This document shows, piece by piece, positions 38,259 to 47,742 of a DNA stretch of 64,000 nt (positions within the stretch are counted from its first letter, which is position 1; each line of letters begins with the position of its first letter). Below the pieces are notes generated by a model. The model did not search any database, had not been told where the DNA came from, and saw only the letters and a program-made list of their open reading frames with translations. The stretch lies in the sequence record OQ411014.1. One strand, given 5' to 3'. A program made the position numbers and the translations under genes.

Positions 38259-38723
38259 ATGAGTGTATTTGATTTGGTATCTAGTATTTCGTGGATTGAA
38301 GTAATAATCTTTATTGTACTTAGTGCAGTACTGTTCATGTTCATGTTCAACGATGATTACACGTACTGTAAAAAGATTCATAAAGCATGTGCAGAACCAG
38401 TATGGAAATCATTTTGGTATATGCAGTTCATCCCGAATAAGTTCATACGACCGTTTGAAAGCTGGTGTGATGTTTCAACCAGAACAGTCCCCACGATTGA
38501 AACGATTTTATCTCTCTATGAAGATAATCGAGATTCGTTGATTATCAAACTTATACCTACATTAGATGATGATACAATCGAATTCATATGCAAGAGATTA
38601 CCATCCGTATCAATTAGGGTTAGTAACAAAATGGTTGTGAACTACAGGACTGAGCATGTGATTCCACCACGAGTTCTTGTGGGTTTGTTGAATATGTACG
38701 AAATAGAACGAAAGAAAATCTAG
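38259..38723 (+). CDS. membrane-anchored protein
   Basis: GAGG RBS; N-terminal TM. Confidence 0.65.
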   Translation: MSVFDLVSSISWIEVIIFIVLSAVLFMFMFNDDYTYCKKIHKACAEPVWKSFWYMQFIPNKFIRPFESWCDVSTRTVPTIETILSLYEDNRDSLIIKLIPTLDDDTIEFICKRLPSVSIRVSNKMVVNYRTEHVIPPRVLVGLLNMYEIERKKI

Positions 38724-38780
38724 ACATATACTTTGAGTGTGTTATAATACAGTCATCAAATAACAAGAAGAGAGGTTTAT

Positions 38781-39230
38781 ATGAACGTACTAGGAACGAA
38801 GTTCAGTACTGCAATGGGTGCACGTAATGGTTGGTTTACTATCAATGAAGTACTGGACGATACTTTCAAACATTACACGTTCAATCAGTGCCTAAAACTC
38901 AAAGTAACTCCAGAAACTAAAGATGACATGAACTTCATCGAGTGGGTTATGTATTGGGAAGGTTCACCCGTTGCAGTGCATTTACACGTTCTAACTACAG
39001 TATTGAGTACTGGTTATGTGAAAGCAACTGTCATCTCTAAGCGTCATGTATTCACTGATGAAATTGGTGAATTCCCAGGTAAACAAGCAATCATTGATGG
39101 TTACATGATTGATGGGAAATTCATGGATAAGAAGGGTGCAGAGGCATATCATACTCGTAAGCTAATGAACGGGAACTTCCGTCCAGCAGCTAAGATCCCT
39201 GATGCAGTCATTCAACCTAAACGTAAGTAA
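38781..39230 (+). CDS. early hypothetical protein
   Basis: TAGACA-17-TATAAT promoter upstream; GAGG RBS. Confidence 0.7.
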   Translation: MNVLGTKFSTAMGARNGWFTINEVLDDTFKHYTFNQCLKLKVTPETKDDMNFIEWVMYWEGSPVAVHLHVLTTVLSTGYVKATVISKRHVFTDEIGEFPGKQAIIDGYMIDGKFMDKKGAEAYHTRKLMNGNFRPAAKIPDAVIQPKRK

Positions 39231-39279
39231 TGTAGTCCCTCCTTAACTGGGGGGATTTAAACACATAAGGACAAAATAA

Positions 39280-39705
39280 ATGTTCAAATATTGTTTCCGT
39301 ACGTATGTAGTACTGTTCTTAGTACCAGCACTGTACTTGATTACTGCACAACTTAGTAAAATCTTCGAAAGTCTTAGCTTTTTGAATTTTACTGCACCAG
39401 AACAGTACAAAATTCTATTGACAATAATGTACGTTTTTTCTTTCATATTGTCAGTACTGATCATTTTCAATTCAGGATGTGACTACCGAGAGTTTCATAT
39501 TTTCAGAAACTTCAAGAACGTAACGTACTCAAAGTTCTGGAGTTATATACTCGCAGTCCCTGTTGTATTGAATTTCCATATTGAGGGCTTCTCGTTCACA
39601 ACTTTTATGCTCTTCATTGAACCAATTGCAATCTATATGTACATCCATCAACATAACCGATTCGTATTGAGTCATAATCTAGTCCACGTAGAGGAACAAC
39701 CATGA
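39280..39705 (+). CDS. multi-pass membrane protein
   Basis: About 4 hydrophobic segments. Confidence 0.7.
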   Translation: MFKYCFRTYVVLFLVPALYLITAQLSKIFESLSFLNFTAPEQYKILLTIMYVFSFILSVLIIFNSGCDYREFHIFRNFKNVTYSKFWSYILAVPVVLNFHIEGFSFTTFMLFIEPIAIYMYIHQHNRFVLSHNLVHVEEQP

Positions 39706-40199
39706 ATACGTATATCAGTGGGTTTTACAAGTACTACCTATCGTTCATAACTATATTTGCTATTCTGTTATTGAATGAAACAGAACAATTTGGATCAAAA
39801 TTCCTATCAGAAGGACTAGGAATCTTCCTTCAGGTTATCTTTGCACTGATGGCTGCTATATCAATGCCAGTACTGATCTATGGTATTCATCTTGTTGCGA
39901 GCGATGACCAGGATAGTAAGGACTCGTGTATCCGTGAGTACTGCCAAGCAGCAAAATACAGTACTATAAGTTCTATGATACCGTTTAGTCTAATTATTGT
40001 GTCCATCGCTATGTTCCAATGGAATCTGTGGTTCTTGGGTACGTTTGGATTTATTATGGGTTGTAGTATGTACGTGTATACTAAAGTACTATACAGAGGT
40101 GAGAAACTATTCACTGAAATGGAAGCCCGTAAAGGAACCAAAGCACCAGTTCAACGAGAAGAGCGAGATTATTTCGCACCAGACGATGAGTTACCTTGA
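39702..40199 (+). CDS. multi-pass membrane protein
   Basis: About 4 hydrophobic segments. Confidence 0.7.
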   Translation: MNTYISGFYKYYLSFITIFAILLLNETEQFGSKFLSEGLGIFLQVIFALMAAISMPVLIYGIHLVASDDQDSKDSCIREYCQAAKYSTISSMIPFSLIIVSIAMFQWNLWFLGTFGFIMGCSMYVYTKVLYRGEKLFTEMEARKGTKAPVQREERDYFAPDDELP

Positions 40200-40224
40200 C
40201 ACGTACCTGAAGAGTAGCTATAAT
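40196..40224 (+). promoter_or_regulatory. sigma70 promoter TTGACA-17-TATAAT
   Basis: Perfect consensus. Confidence 0.85.
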
Positions 40225-40259
40225 ACTTTCATTGAAGCGAAACTAACAAAGGAAACATA

Positions 40260-40514
40260 ATGGATACCGTACAGATTGAATCTTTGACTTCACTTGTTCT
40301 TGATAATGTAAAAGCTGAAGAAGAAATTTCAGTACAAATCAAAGCAGAGTATCAGTGCATTACTGAAAAGCTCCAAGATGCGAAGTACACTGTAACGAAA
40401 GAAATTGAAGAGCATTATAAGAACATTGAACGTCTGTTCCGTGTCAAGCAAGAACACATTGTTCGTCAGAATAACGCTAAGACTGCAATCAATAAACTTC
40501 TGGGAATCGCATAA
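40260..40514 (+). CDS. coiled-coil hypothetical protein
   Basis: AAGGA RBS. Confidence 0.7.
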   Translation: MDTVQIESLTSLVLDNVKAEEEISVQIKAEYQCITEKLQDAKYTVTKEIEEHYKNIERLFRVKQEHIVRQNNAKTAINKLLGIA

Positions 40515-40993
40515 TGAAAAACGTACAACAATACATTCAGAACTTCACCGCATATCCAGTATCAGTAATGTTCGGACATATCGATACACCTACTCCTAAG
40601 CAGAAGAAAGCGGAGAAACGTGTAGCAGAAATCTGTGAAGAACTGTATCGTTTTGATTGTACAGTACTATCAGATGTGCGAGCAGCATTCCGCGAGTTAG
40701 ATGTTCTTATCTCCTTGAGTGATGATAAGTTCCGCATCAAGCAAGTGCGTCTAACTCGTATGACTGGTCGTTTGGCATATTTTGTTGACAAAGCGGTTGT
40801 AATGCTCGATAATATGCACAAGAAAGACCAGCAACTTCAGCAGTACTGGCAACCGCTGTCAATGAAAGCTAAAGTACTGAAGGATGAAATCAAATCATTC
40901 CTTATCCAGTACGATACTTCAGTTGATAAGATTGTATTACTGTCTGAATTTGACAATGCATACAAAGAAGCCCAAGAGGAAGATAAGAAATGA
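40514..40993 (+). CDS. helical hypothetical protein
   Basis: TAATG coupling. Confidence 0.7.
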   Translation: MKNVQQYIQNFTAYPVSVMFGHIDTPTPKQKKAEKRVAEICEELYRFDCTVLSDVRAAFRELDVLISLSDDKFRIKQVRLTRMTGRLAYFVDKAVVMLDNMHKKDQQLQQYWQPLSMKAKVLKDEIKSFLIQYDTSVDKIVLLSEFDNAYKEAQEEDKK

Positions 40994-41490
40994 CAACTGT
41001 TTTCGTGAGTAAAGAATTAGGAATTGCTATTACTGACTCACGAGCCACGTTTCAAGAGTCCAGGAAGTTTCTTGGGCTTTTTAACTTGACTCCATTACCA
41101 TCGTATAAAGTTGTGAATCAAAAGGCTTTGTATGTTCATGACCGTTTATTCTTAGCATGTGGAAGTGTAGATACTATTGATAAAGTATTGCAATATTTCA
41201 TCGACGGTACTAAGTTCAAGATAAACAAGAAAACTCCAAGCTGTGAGTGTCTTCTTCTTGGTAAAGAATACGGTGTACACTTGTACGTGTGGAATGGTAA
41301 GATTCATAAGAAGACTATCTTCTTGGCGTATAATTTTGTACACTTCATGGGGTCTGGTAGTTCTGCCCTACTCAGAAAGTACTACAAGACTTTAGAACGT
41401 AATACACCAGATGAAGTTATTGATATTTTCAAGACTGTACATTTGGATGATAGCTTCACTGACGATAACGTAAATTTATACAGAATCTAG
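40990..41490 (+). CDS. Ntn-hydrolase (HslV/proteasome beta-like) protein
   Basis: MTT start, DSRAT, CGS, FMGSGS and D..T near the end. Confidence 0.55.
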   Translation: MTTVFVSKELGIAITDSRATFQESRKFLGLFNLTPLPSYKVVNQKALYVHDRLFLACGSVDTIDKVLQYFIDGTKFKINKKTPSCECLLLGKEYGVHLYVWNGKIHKKTIFLAYNFVHFMGSGSSALLRKYYKTLERNTPDEVIDIFKTVHLDDSFTDDNVNLYRI

Positions 41491-41519
41491 TTGACAGTCT
41501 AAAAGAGATATCATATAAT
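41491..41519 (+). promoter_or_regulatory. sigma70 promoter TTGACA-17-TATAAT
   Basis: Perfect consensus. Confidence 0.85.
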
Positions 41520-41710
41520 CATTGCATACCACAACGAGAGAGAAACAAAATGAGTACATTCATCGTAGAATATGTTCTGACTGGTCAAAGCATCTGGCAG
41601 GTACAAATGGTAAAAGCATGTAATAAAGAGCAAGCCCAGAGCACGCTCAAGAAAATGATTTCTGGTGTAGTAACCACCAAAGCATACCCAGCATAATTTA
41701 GAGCTATAAT

Positions 41711-41739
41711 GAATCCGCTCTGTGCGGATTCTTTTTTTT
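41711..41739 (+). terminator. terminator upstream of the sigma gene
   Basis: gaatccgc/gcggattc plus T8; a TATAAT lies just 5' of it. Confidence 0.8.
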
Positions 41740-41758
41740 AATATCAAAGGAGAAAGTA

Positions 41759-42751
41759 ATGACTGTAAAACAACTCAATCTAGAATCTATTCAAGACGAT
41801 ATCATGGATGAATGTTTTGTAAATGAAAACAATACGTTCGAGCGTATTAGTGAACAGTCACATGACAGTACTGAAGAAGTAGAAGAAAGTACTGATGACG
41901 TAGGTTCTTTCAAGACTTACAACACATCTAGCGTTTTACCAGAAGGTGAGACGAATGAATCTATTATTCGTTTAATCCGTGACGGTATCAATGTGAAGCG
42001 TAACATTGACCTTATCGTACGTAACAACGTAGGCTTAGTATATAGCCAAGCACGTCAGTGTACTTGTAATATCCCATTCCAAGATAAAGCACAGTACGCT
42101 TTTGAAGGTCTAATGCGTGCAATCCATCGTTATGATGTGAATCAGAATATTCTTTTCAGTACTTACGCTACTGTGTCTATTCGCCAAACACTCTATAACT
42201 TTGGTAATGATGAAGTTCGTCTAATCAGTATTCCACGTCACTTGTCAGTGGATAACATCAAGATTCAGAACTACATTGAGAAGCATCGTTCTAAGTTCGG
42301 TCGTACCCCAAGTGAAGATGAAATCAGTACTGCTACTGGCATCAAGTTATCCGCAGTGAAACGTGTAGTGCAGTACATGAACAGTAAGCCAATGAGTTTC
42401 GATACTCCAATGGGTTCTGACAGTACTGAAAACGATATGAGCTTAGTGGATGTAATCCCAGGAACTTCCAATGATTACACACTAAGTGCAGATACAGTTC
42501 AGAAAGCACCACTAGATGTAATTGCATTGGTCATGTCTGAACTACCAGAAGAAGAGCAGTTGCTGATCAATAAGATTCACGGCTTGAATGGACATGAAGA
42601 AAGTACTTTTATTGCTCTAGAGACTGCTGGATTGGTAGATGCGAAGGGTAAGAAGCTAACTAACCGTTGCACTATTCATCGTCGTTACAATGCAATACTG
42701 GATAAGATTCGTAATATTCTAAAAGCACGTGACATTTCATTCGATGACTGA
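41759..42751 (+). CDS. RNA polymerase sigma factor, sigma70 family
   Basis: Region 2 NVGLV, GLMRAIHRYD, FSTYAT.SIRQ, RLISIPRH; region 3 GRTPSEDEIS; region 4 remnants. Confidence 0.9.
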   Translation: MTVKQLNLESIQDDIMDECFVNENNTFERISEQSHDSTEEVEESTDDVGSFKTYNTSSVLPEGETNESIIRLIRDGINVKRNIDLIVRNNVGLVYSQARQCTCNIPFQDKAQYAFEGLMRAIHRYDVNQNILFSTYATVSIRQTLYNFGNDEVRLISIPRHLSVDNIKIQNYIEKHRSKFGRTPSEDEISTATGIKLSAVKRVVQYMNSKPMSFDTPMGSDSTENDMSLVDVIPGTSNDYTLSADTVQKAPLDVIALVMSELPEEEQLLINKIHGLNGHEESTFIALETAGLVDAKGKKLTNRCTIHRRYNAILDKIRNILKARDISFDD

Positions 42752-42915
42752 TATGATTCGTTACAAGGCAAACAAAGTACAAGGAACTGCTGTTGTAGTT
42801 TTCTTGTACTGGACTGAGAATCCGGTCTATGTTCTGGCAGAGAACAGTACTGTATCGCTGTCGGAGTTCATTGATATAGCAATTGAAGAATTCAAATCAT
42901 TAGAGGAATAATACT

Positions 42916-43287
42916 ATGTTGCACAAAGTTGAAGGTTCAAAGCACAATTGGATTGACGAATACGATATCTATGTTGGGTATGATACTTCCCCGTGTTGTT
43001 GTGAATATGCGGATTACTTCTTGAGTTATGAGATTGAGAGGAATGGAGTACCAGACGAAGAACTAATTGATAAAAGTACTTTCAAATGGGAAGAATACGA
43101 CTTCTATCCATTCGCATCTGCACTGATCGAAAACGTCCCAGGACTTGATGAAGGTGCTATTGCGATGTTCCCAATGATCCACAAAACGACTTCCCGTATG
43201 GTGTACTTGCACTTGTTTAACGCTCACAATGGTTATTACAGCCACGGGTTCGAAAGCAATACATTCATTGGTAACGGTTCTTTATAA
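42916..43287 (+). CDS. hypothetical phage protein
   Basis: GAGG RBS; CCCE and HNGYY motifs. Confidence 0.7.
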   Translation: MLHKVEGSKHNWIDEYDIYVGYDTSPCCCEYADYFLSYEIERNGVPDEELIDKSTFKWEEYDFYPFASALIENVPGLDEGAIAMFPMIHKTTSRMVYLHLFNAHNGYYSHGFESNTFIGNGSL

Positions 43288-43475
43288 GGAATTTTTGTGA
43301 AAACTAAAAACTCAAAATCTTTAGGTACATATGTGAATGGTAATCGCTATGCGAAAATCAGTACATGTATTGATTGCAGTACTGGAAATACTTTATACTA
43401 TTACTGTATTCCTGGTGAGCGGGTGTATATCAGTTCAGAAGAATTCAAGAATGAATGGGTAAAAAACTAAAACAA

Positions 43476-43509
43476 AATGCTTGACTTCGGTCGAGCATTC
43501 TTTTAATAT
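43476..43509 (+). promoter_or_regulatory. terminator/promoter hybrid cassette
   Basis: aatgcTTGACttcggtcgagcatt plus T-tract; TAATAT at a 17 bp spacer. Confidence 0.7.
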
Positions 43510-43549
43510 AATTGCATCAACTACACTACTACACTTGAGGATAACAATC

Positions 43550-43990
43550 ATGGCTTGGATTCACAGCAATCATTCTGAACTGAACAATTTCGATATCTTT
43601 GCATTCGTGAACATGCAAGAGAAGATCTTCATCAAAGGACGTCTCTGCACGCTCTCTGACGGCTCACGGGCCATCTGTAACATGAACAACAAGGGTGAAG
43701 TACTGGATATCGTTGCTCTTCCTGCGTGGGCTACTGTGCAGCCTGAAGAGGCACTTATGCGTCTACTCTTTGAAGAGATTGGTAAACTTCCAGGTACTGA
43801 TGTGGAGAACAAACTCTTCAACATCAAACACTCCAAGTACAGTGCTGACCAATTATCTGGTTTAACTGATACAGTACTGAAAGAAGTTGTAAGTAATCAA
43901 TGTAACGTAATTCTTAAGTACGTTCCTGAACTGGAACTGACTGAAGAAATGCTAGTGGAATTTGACATCAACGCTAAGGGTTCTCTATGA
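43550..43990 (+). CDS. early hypothetical protein
   Basis: GAGGA RBS before ATG 43550. Confidence 0.75.
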   Translation: MAWIHSNHSELNNFDIFAFVNMQEKIFIKGRLCTLSDGSRAICNMNNKGEVLDIVALPAWATVQPEEALMRLLFEEIGKLPGTDVENKLFNIKHSKYSADQLSGLTDTVLKEVVSNQCNVILKYVPELELTEEMLVEFDINAKGSL

Positions 43991-44349
43991 GACTAATCCT
44001 GTTACTGATTTTGTTAGTAACTGCACAGACGATACCATCTGATTCATATATCGATATAAATCCAGCACGTGAGTTCATTATTTGTACAGACAGAGTAGAC
44101 AGTACTAAAAAGATTGAAGTCCTCTTCGATTCAAGTACTCCAGAATATGTAGTGACGAACAAAGTACAGTACAAATTCATTTCTCACGAAGTTATTGGGG
44201 ATGTAGATGTACTTCAATATAAGTTCGGTTCAAAGACTATGAATTTTGAATTTATTATGCAAGGTGATAAAGTATCTTCTATTCGATTGGAAGTACTTGG
44301 TGCTATCCCTGGTATGGAATTCATGGATGGGGAGTGTAAACTGCTATGA
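43987..44349 (+). CDS. putative exported protein
   Basis: Signal-like N-terminus; Cys pair; beta-rich. Confidence 0.65.
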   Translation: MRLILLLILLVTAQTIPSDSYIDINPAREFIICTDRVDSTKKIEVLFDSSTPEYVVTNKVQYKFISHEVIGDVDVLQYKFGSKTMNFEFIMQGDKVSSIRLEVLGAIPGMEFMDGECKLL

Positions 44350-44690
44350 TTTCAGTACTGAATAGTATTAGTATTGTTGTTATGATTTTAGCCTGTACCT
44401 ACGCTATCCTAGCTGGGGTGCTCATCTTCTACAAGAAGACTAAGTTCTTGGGGTGGTTACAGATAAGTAAAACTGGCTATTGTTTTGTGTACGGAATAAG
44501 TGCCTTTTGTATATACAGGGATTTATTTTTAGGAGTACTTCCTCCTGATTTCAATGGGTACAACTTTAGTGCAGTGTTCTTATTGTTTTATATTGTACTT
44601 ATTGTGCTTGGTCTTTGTATACCGTATGTACTTATAGTTGGTGTTTCAAAGGTACTTGAGTACCGTAAACGTATTCCTGATGAGGATTGA
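44346..44690 (+). CDS. 3-TM membrane protein (paralog of 44694 and 54750)
   Basis: Three TM segments, ends RKRIPDED. Confidence 0.7.
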   Translation: MISVLNSISIVVMILACTYAILAGVLIFYKKTKFLGWLQISKTGYCFVYGISAFCIYRDLFLGVLPPDFNGYNFSAVFLLFYIVLIVLGLCIPYVLIVGVSKVLEYRKRIPDED

Positions 44691-44693
44691 TAA

Positions 44694-45023
44694 ATGAAGA
44701 TGGAAGACTTAGTAGAACTATTACAGCCGTACGCTACAGTACTATTTTTGATTGCTTCAATGTATACTGTTGTAACTCTAGTACTTGGATTCTTCAAGTA
44801 TCGAACACTAGCTAAACGCTTAGACGAGAACTTATGGCTCTCTGTTCCTAGTATCTTTAGTGTAGCTATTAGTATTGCAAACTATTTTATTGAAGATCGT
44901 ATGTTCGCTGCTATTATGTTATTATTTGTTTTGGTTGGGGTAACATTTGTAGGTACTATCTATGCAATGTGTAAAGGATTTGTGTACGTTCGTTCCAAGA
45001 TACCAGATCCAGAACAAGAATAA
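44694..45023 (+). CDS. 3-TM membrane protein
   Basis: Three TM segments, ends RSKIPDPEQE. Confidence 0.7.
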   Translation: MKMEDLVELLQPYATVLFLIASMYTVVTLVLGFFKYRTLAKRLDENLWLSVPSIFSVAISIANYFIEDRMFAAIMLLFVLVGVTFVGTIYAMCKGFVYVRSKIPDPEQE

Positions 45024-45031
45024 TTCTAATT

Positions 45032-45074
45032 AATGCTCACTTCGGTGAGCATTTTTTTTATTTTGTGATATAAT
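45032..45074 (+). promoter_or_regulatory. UUCG terminator whose 3' arm supplies the -35 of a class II promoter (GTGAGC-18-TATAAT)
   Basis: aatgctcac-ttcg-gtgagcatt, T-tract, tgtga-tataat. Confidence 0.8.
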
Positions 45075-45084
45075 TAAGCTATAA

Positions 45085-45640
45085 TCTCGATTAACCATTA
45101 TGGTATAAAGAAACCTAATCCACTCGAAAATGTAGAGGGTAGATGAGTTGAGTAATCGCAACGAAGTGCAAATGAAACCCGTTAGGTGAAGGCATAGTTA
45201 GTACCTCCCACGGCGACGCGGCACTATAAATGAGCATGGTAAGATGATATTGCTCACTCGATAGACGTATAGGATGAACACCTACCAAATATCTAAGGGA
45301 GTTCATCAAAAAGGCTGGCTATAGATCCGTCCAGAATTTGATGAACACAGTACTGAATTGACTGTATAGTTCAGTACTGAAGTGTAGTAAGACTACGACC
45401 GTTGCAGAACAGAGATAGGGAGAAACAGGGCAACCCGCTTCCGTATCGTAAGATAATTCTCTATACAGTACTCCGATGCTATCAGCGTCAGATTGTCGTC
45501 CCTCCCTTGTGGGGGGATGAAATTTCCTCAACAAATCTCGTCAGGATTGATTCAGTACTATTGATATTAAATGAATATTCAGTTATGATACGAAGTATCT
45601 AACGAATACCAGACTTCTCATAAGAGAAGGATGTGATGAC
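45085..45640 (+). ncRNA. large structured ncRNA, copy 2
   Basis: No credible ORF; own promoter; colinear conserved blocks and covarying stems relative to 2396-2905. Confidence 0.8.
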
Positions 45641-45654
45641 CCAAAGGAGATATA

Positions 45655-45903
45655 ATGAAGATTTTCAAATTTATTGCTGCTTCAGTACTAGCACTTTCCC
45701 TAAGTGCGTGTGATCGCGTAACAGAAGAACGTTCGCATGAGTTCGCACTTCCTTCTGAGTTAGTTCAAGCAGGATGTAAGATTTATCGTATGCGAGCTGA
45801 AAGTGGTGTAACTCTATATGCTTTGTATTGTCCTAATTCCACAACCACAACAAGCTACACCAGTGGTAAACAAACTCATCATGTCACTACGTACAGTAAC
45901 TAA
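45655..45903 (+). CDS. small lipoprotein
   Basis: Lipobox LSAC; AGGAG RBS. Confidence 0.8.
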   Translation: MKIFKFIAASVLALSLSACDRVTEERSHEFALPSELVQAGCKIYRMRAESGVTLYALYCPNSTTTTSYTSGKQTHHVTTYSN

Positions 45904-45905
45904 CT

Positions 45906-46676
45906 ATGTTCAAAATATCATACTACTCACCTAAGTGTATAACTGAGCTTACACAGTCAGAGATTGATGGTATTGACTGGACTGAAATAGATCCACCAAC
46001 AATGGATTCTATCCCAGAGGATTATCTACATCACGTCAAGAATCTTCCGATTCTCTTTGAAAAGAGAACACCTGGTACGGTCAGTGATGCGTGTCTTCGT
46101 AAGTTACTTCTCAAAAGCATGAAAGGACGTAGTACGTACTATCGTGATAGTATTTGTGAAAGTCTCTGTGACTGGGCTGGGCCAGAATTTAGTGCTAGAA
46201 ATGTGACAATGTTTGCACGTTTCATGCGAACTGGACCAATGTGGAGAACTAAACTCTACCTTATGAAACATAACATCATTAGCCTAAATGTTTACAGAAG
46301 TACCAAATCATTGAGTTCTGCAAACATGGAAGAAGTGCTGAGTTCTGTACATGTCCCAGTGCAGGAAAAGTTTGAGTACTTACTGCATTCGAATTACATT
46401 TTCGACAAGTACAATATCATTGACGAATCGTGCTTATTCGTTCATAATAAGTATCTCATAGATTTGGGCCTACCACCAATAGTGGTTAACCCTAACTCCA
46501 TGAACGAATATGAAGTACAAGAATGGAGTAATCTCGGATGTCTACAATGGGATGTTCTCCTTGATGCGTACCTTCGTGGAGAAATCGCTCCAGAATATCT
46601 GTATGACATTCATATGATGTTCTTTGATGAAAATAGCATGAAAGATAGAACCTTCTATTTTCGTGATAATGAATAG
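45906..46676 (+). CDS. hypothetical protein
   Basis: 256 aa ORF followed by terminator agtacagaaa/tttctgtact. Confidence 0.7.
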   Translation: MFKISYYSPKCITELTQSEIDGIDWTEIDPPTMDSIPEDYLHHVKNLPILFEKRTPGTVSDACLRKLLLKSMKGRSTYYRDSICESLCDWAGPEFSARNVTMFARFMRTGPMWRTKLYLMKHNIISLNVYRSTKSLSSANMEEVLSSVHVPVQEKFEYLLHSNYIFDKYNIIDESCLFVHNKYLIDLGLPPIVVNPNSMNEYEVQEWSNLGCLQWDVLLDAYLRGEIAPEYLYDIHMMFFDENSMKDRTFYFRDNE

Positions 46677-46722
46677 AATAATACAGTACAGAAACTTTTC
46701 TGTACTTTTTAAGAAAAAAGAG

Positions 46723-46750
46723 TTGACACAGATTTCAGTACTGATATAAT
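46723..46750 (+). promoter_or_regulatory. sigma70 promoter TTGACA-16-TATAAT
   Basis: Consensus hexamers; CAGTACTG abuts -10. Confidence 0.75.
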
Positions 46751-46987
46751 TACTACATCAAGAACGAACTAACTAAAACACTCAAACATAGGATTAAAAA
46801 TATGCCATATCTTCTGATTATTATCATTTCTTTCGGTGCAGGTATCTACAGTGGTAAAGTGATGTTTGAAAAAGAAATCACTGCTGGTGCTTGTTTGGAC
46901 AACAGTACTAAGTCCATCGGAGAGAAGTATGATGATATTATGAAAATCATCAAAGAATAATTCTACACTATACAAAAGGAAACAACT

Positions 46988-47311
46988 ATGAAAGCTCTAC
47001 GTAACATTATCGCTTATGCAGTAATCTCTATGGGTATGACCTTTGCAGCACATGCAAACAGTTCTATCCTATGTGAATCGGAAAATGGCAAACAGCACGT
47101 TATGAAACATAACAGTACTGTTATGACTGTTCACGGTGAAAACTTCAACTTTGAACAAACTGGCACTCTCAAGAGCGGTGCGGATGTATTTGTTTACTGG
47201 AACCAAGAGCGTACTAAACTATTGGCGGTAACTTCTGCTGATAAGCAAACTATTGTTTATCAAATCATGGATAAGCGTCAACGTGTACTTGACATGGGTA
47301 CTTGTAACTAA
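46988..47311 (+). CDS. putative exported beta-rich protein
   Basis: Signal peptide ending AHA; Cys near both ends. Confidence 0.75.
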   Translation: MKALRNIIAYAVISMGMTFAAHANSSILCESENGKQHVMKHNSTVMTVHGENFNFEQTGTLKSGADVFVYWNQERTKLLAVTSADKQTIVYQIMDKRQRVLDMGTCN

Positions 47312-47371
47312 TATACTTTATGGGTGCATTAATATTGATGCACCTAAAACAACTAGCTCTGGAGTTTAGAT

Positions 47372-47677
47372 ATGATTGGTGTAAATTGGAATATCATTGT
47401 ATTATGTGTACCGTTGTTATTCATGACTATTGCAATGCTTGTCCGAATGTGGAAGCCCAGCATCACTGAAAAGGATATCGGATTCAATCCGCTGATTCAG
47501 CTACTCGACAATGTTTTATGTATGTGGGTAGTACTGGCATTCGTTTGGCTCTATGTATTCAATGAAGATTATCTAAACGCCAGAGCAGCACTGTATTCAA
47601 TGATTGCACTTGGGTGGTTGTGGTTGACGTGCTTCACTATTCAAACTACAGTAAAGTTCTTTCAAAATAAGGGTTGA
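47372..47677 (+). CDS. membrane protein
   Basis: GGAG RBS; 3 TM. Confidence 0.7.
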   Translation: MIGVNWNIIVLCVPLLFMTIAMLVRMWKPSITEKDIGFNPLIQLLDNVLCMWVVLAFVWLYVFNEDYLNARAALYSMIALGWLWLTCFTIQTTVKFFQNKG

Positions 47678-47696
47678 CTTCGGTCAACCTTTTTTG
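47669..47696 (+). terminator. UUCG terminator of the hybrid-cassette type (no good -10 found)
   Basis: gggttgac-ttcg-gtcaacct plus T6. Confidence 0.8.
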
Positions 47697-47742
47697 AGCC
47701 TAATTTTGGGAACTTGATCTAGATCAATGTACAGGAGTAGTA

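Noticed and set aside
45115-45602. Short ORFs inside ncRNA copy 2, and 2224-2466 and 2813-3001 near copy 1
   Set aside because: No RBS, not shared between copies, and conserved blocks fit structure rather than a reading frame.
47669-47702. Promoter activity for this cassette copy
   Set aside because: TTGACT is present but there is no acceptable -10 at 16-18 bp; kept as terminator only.
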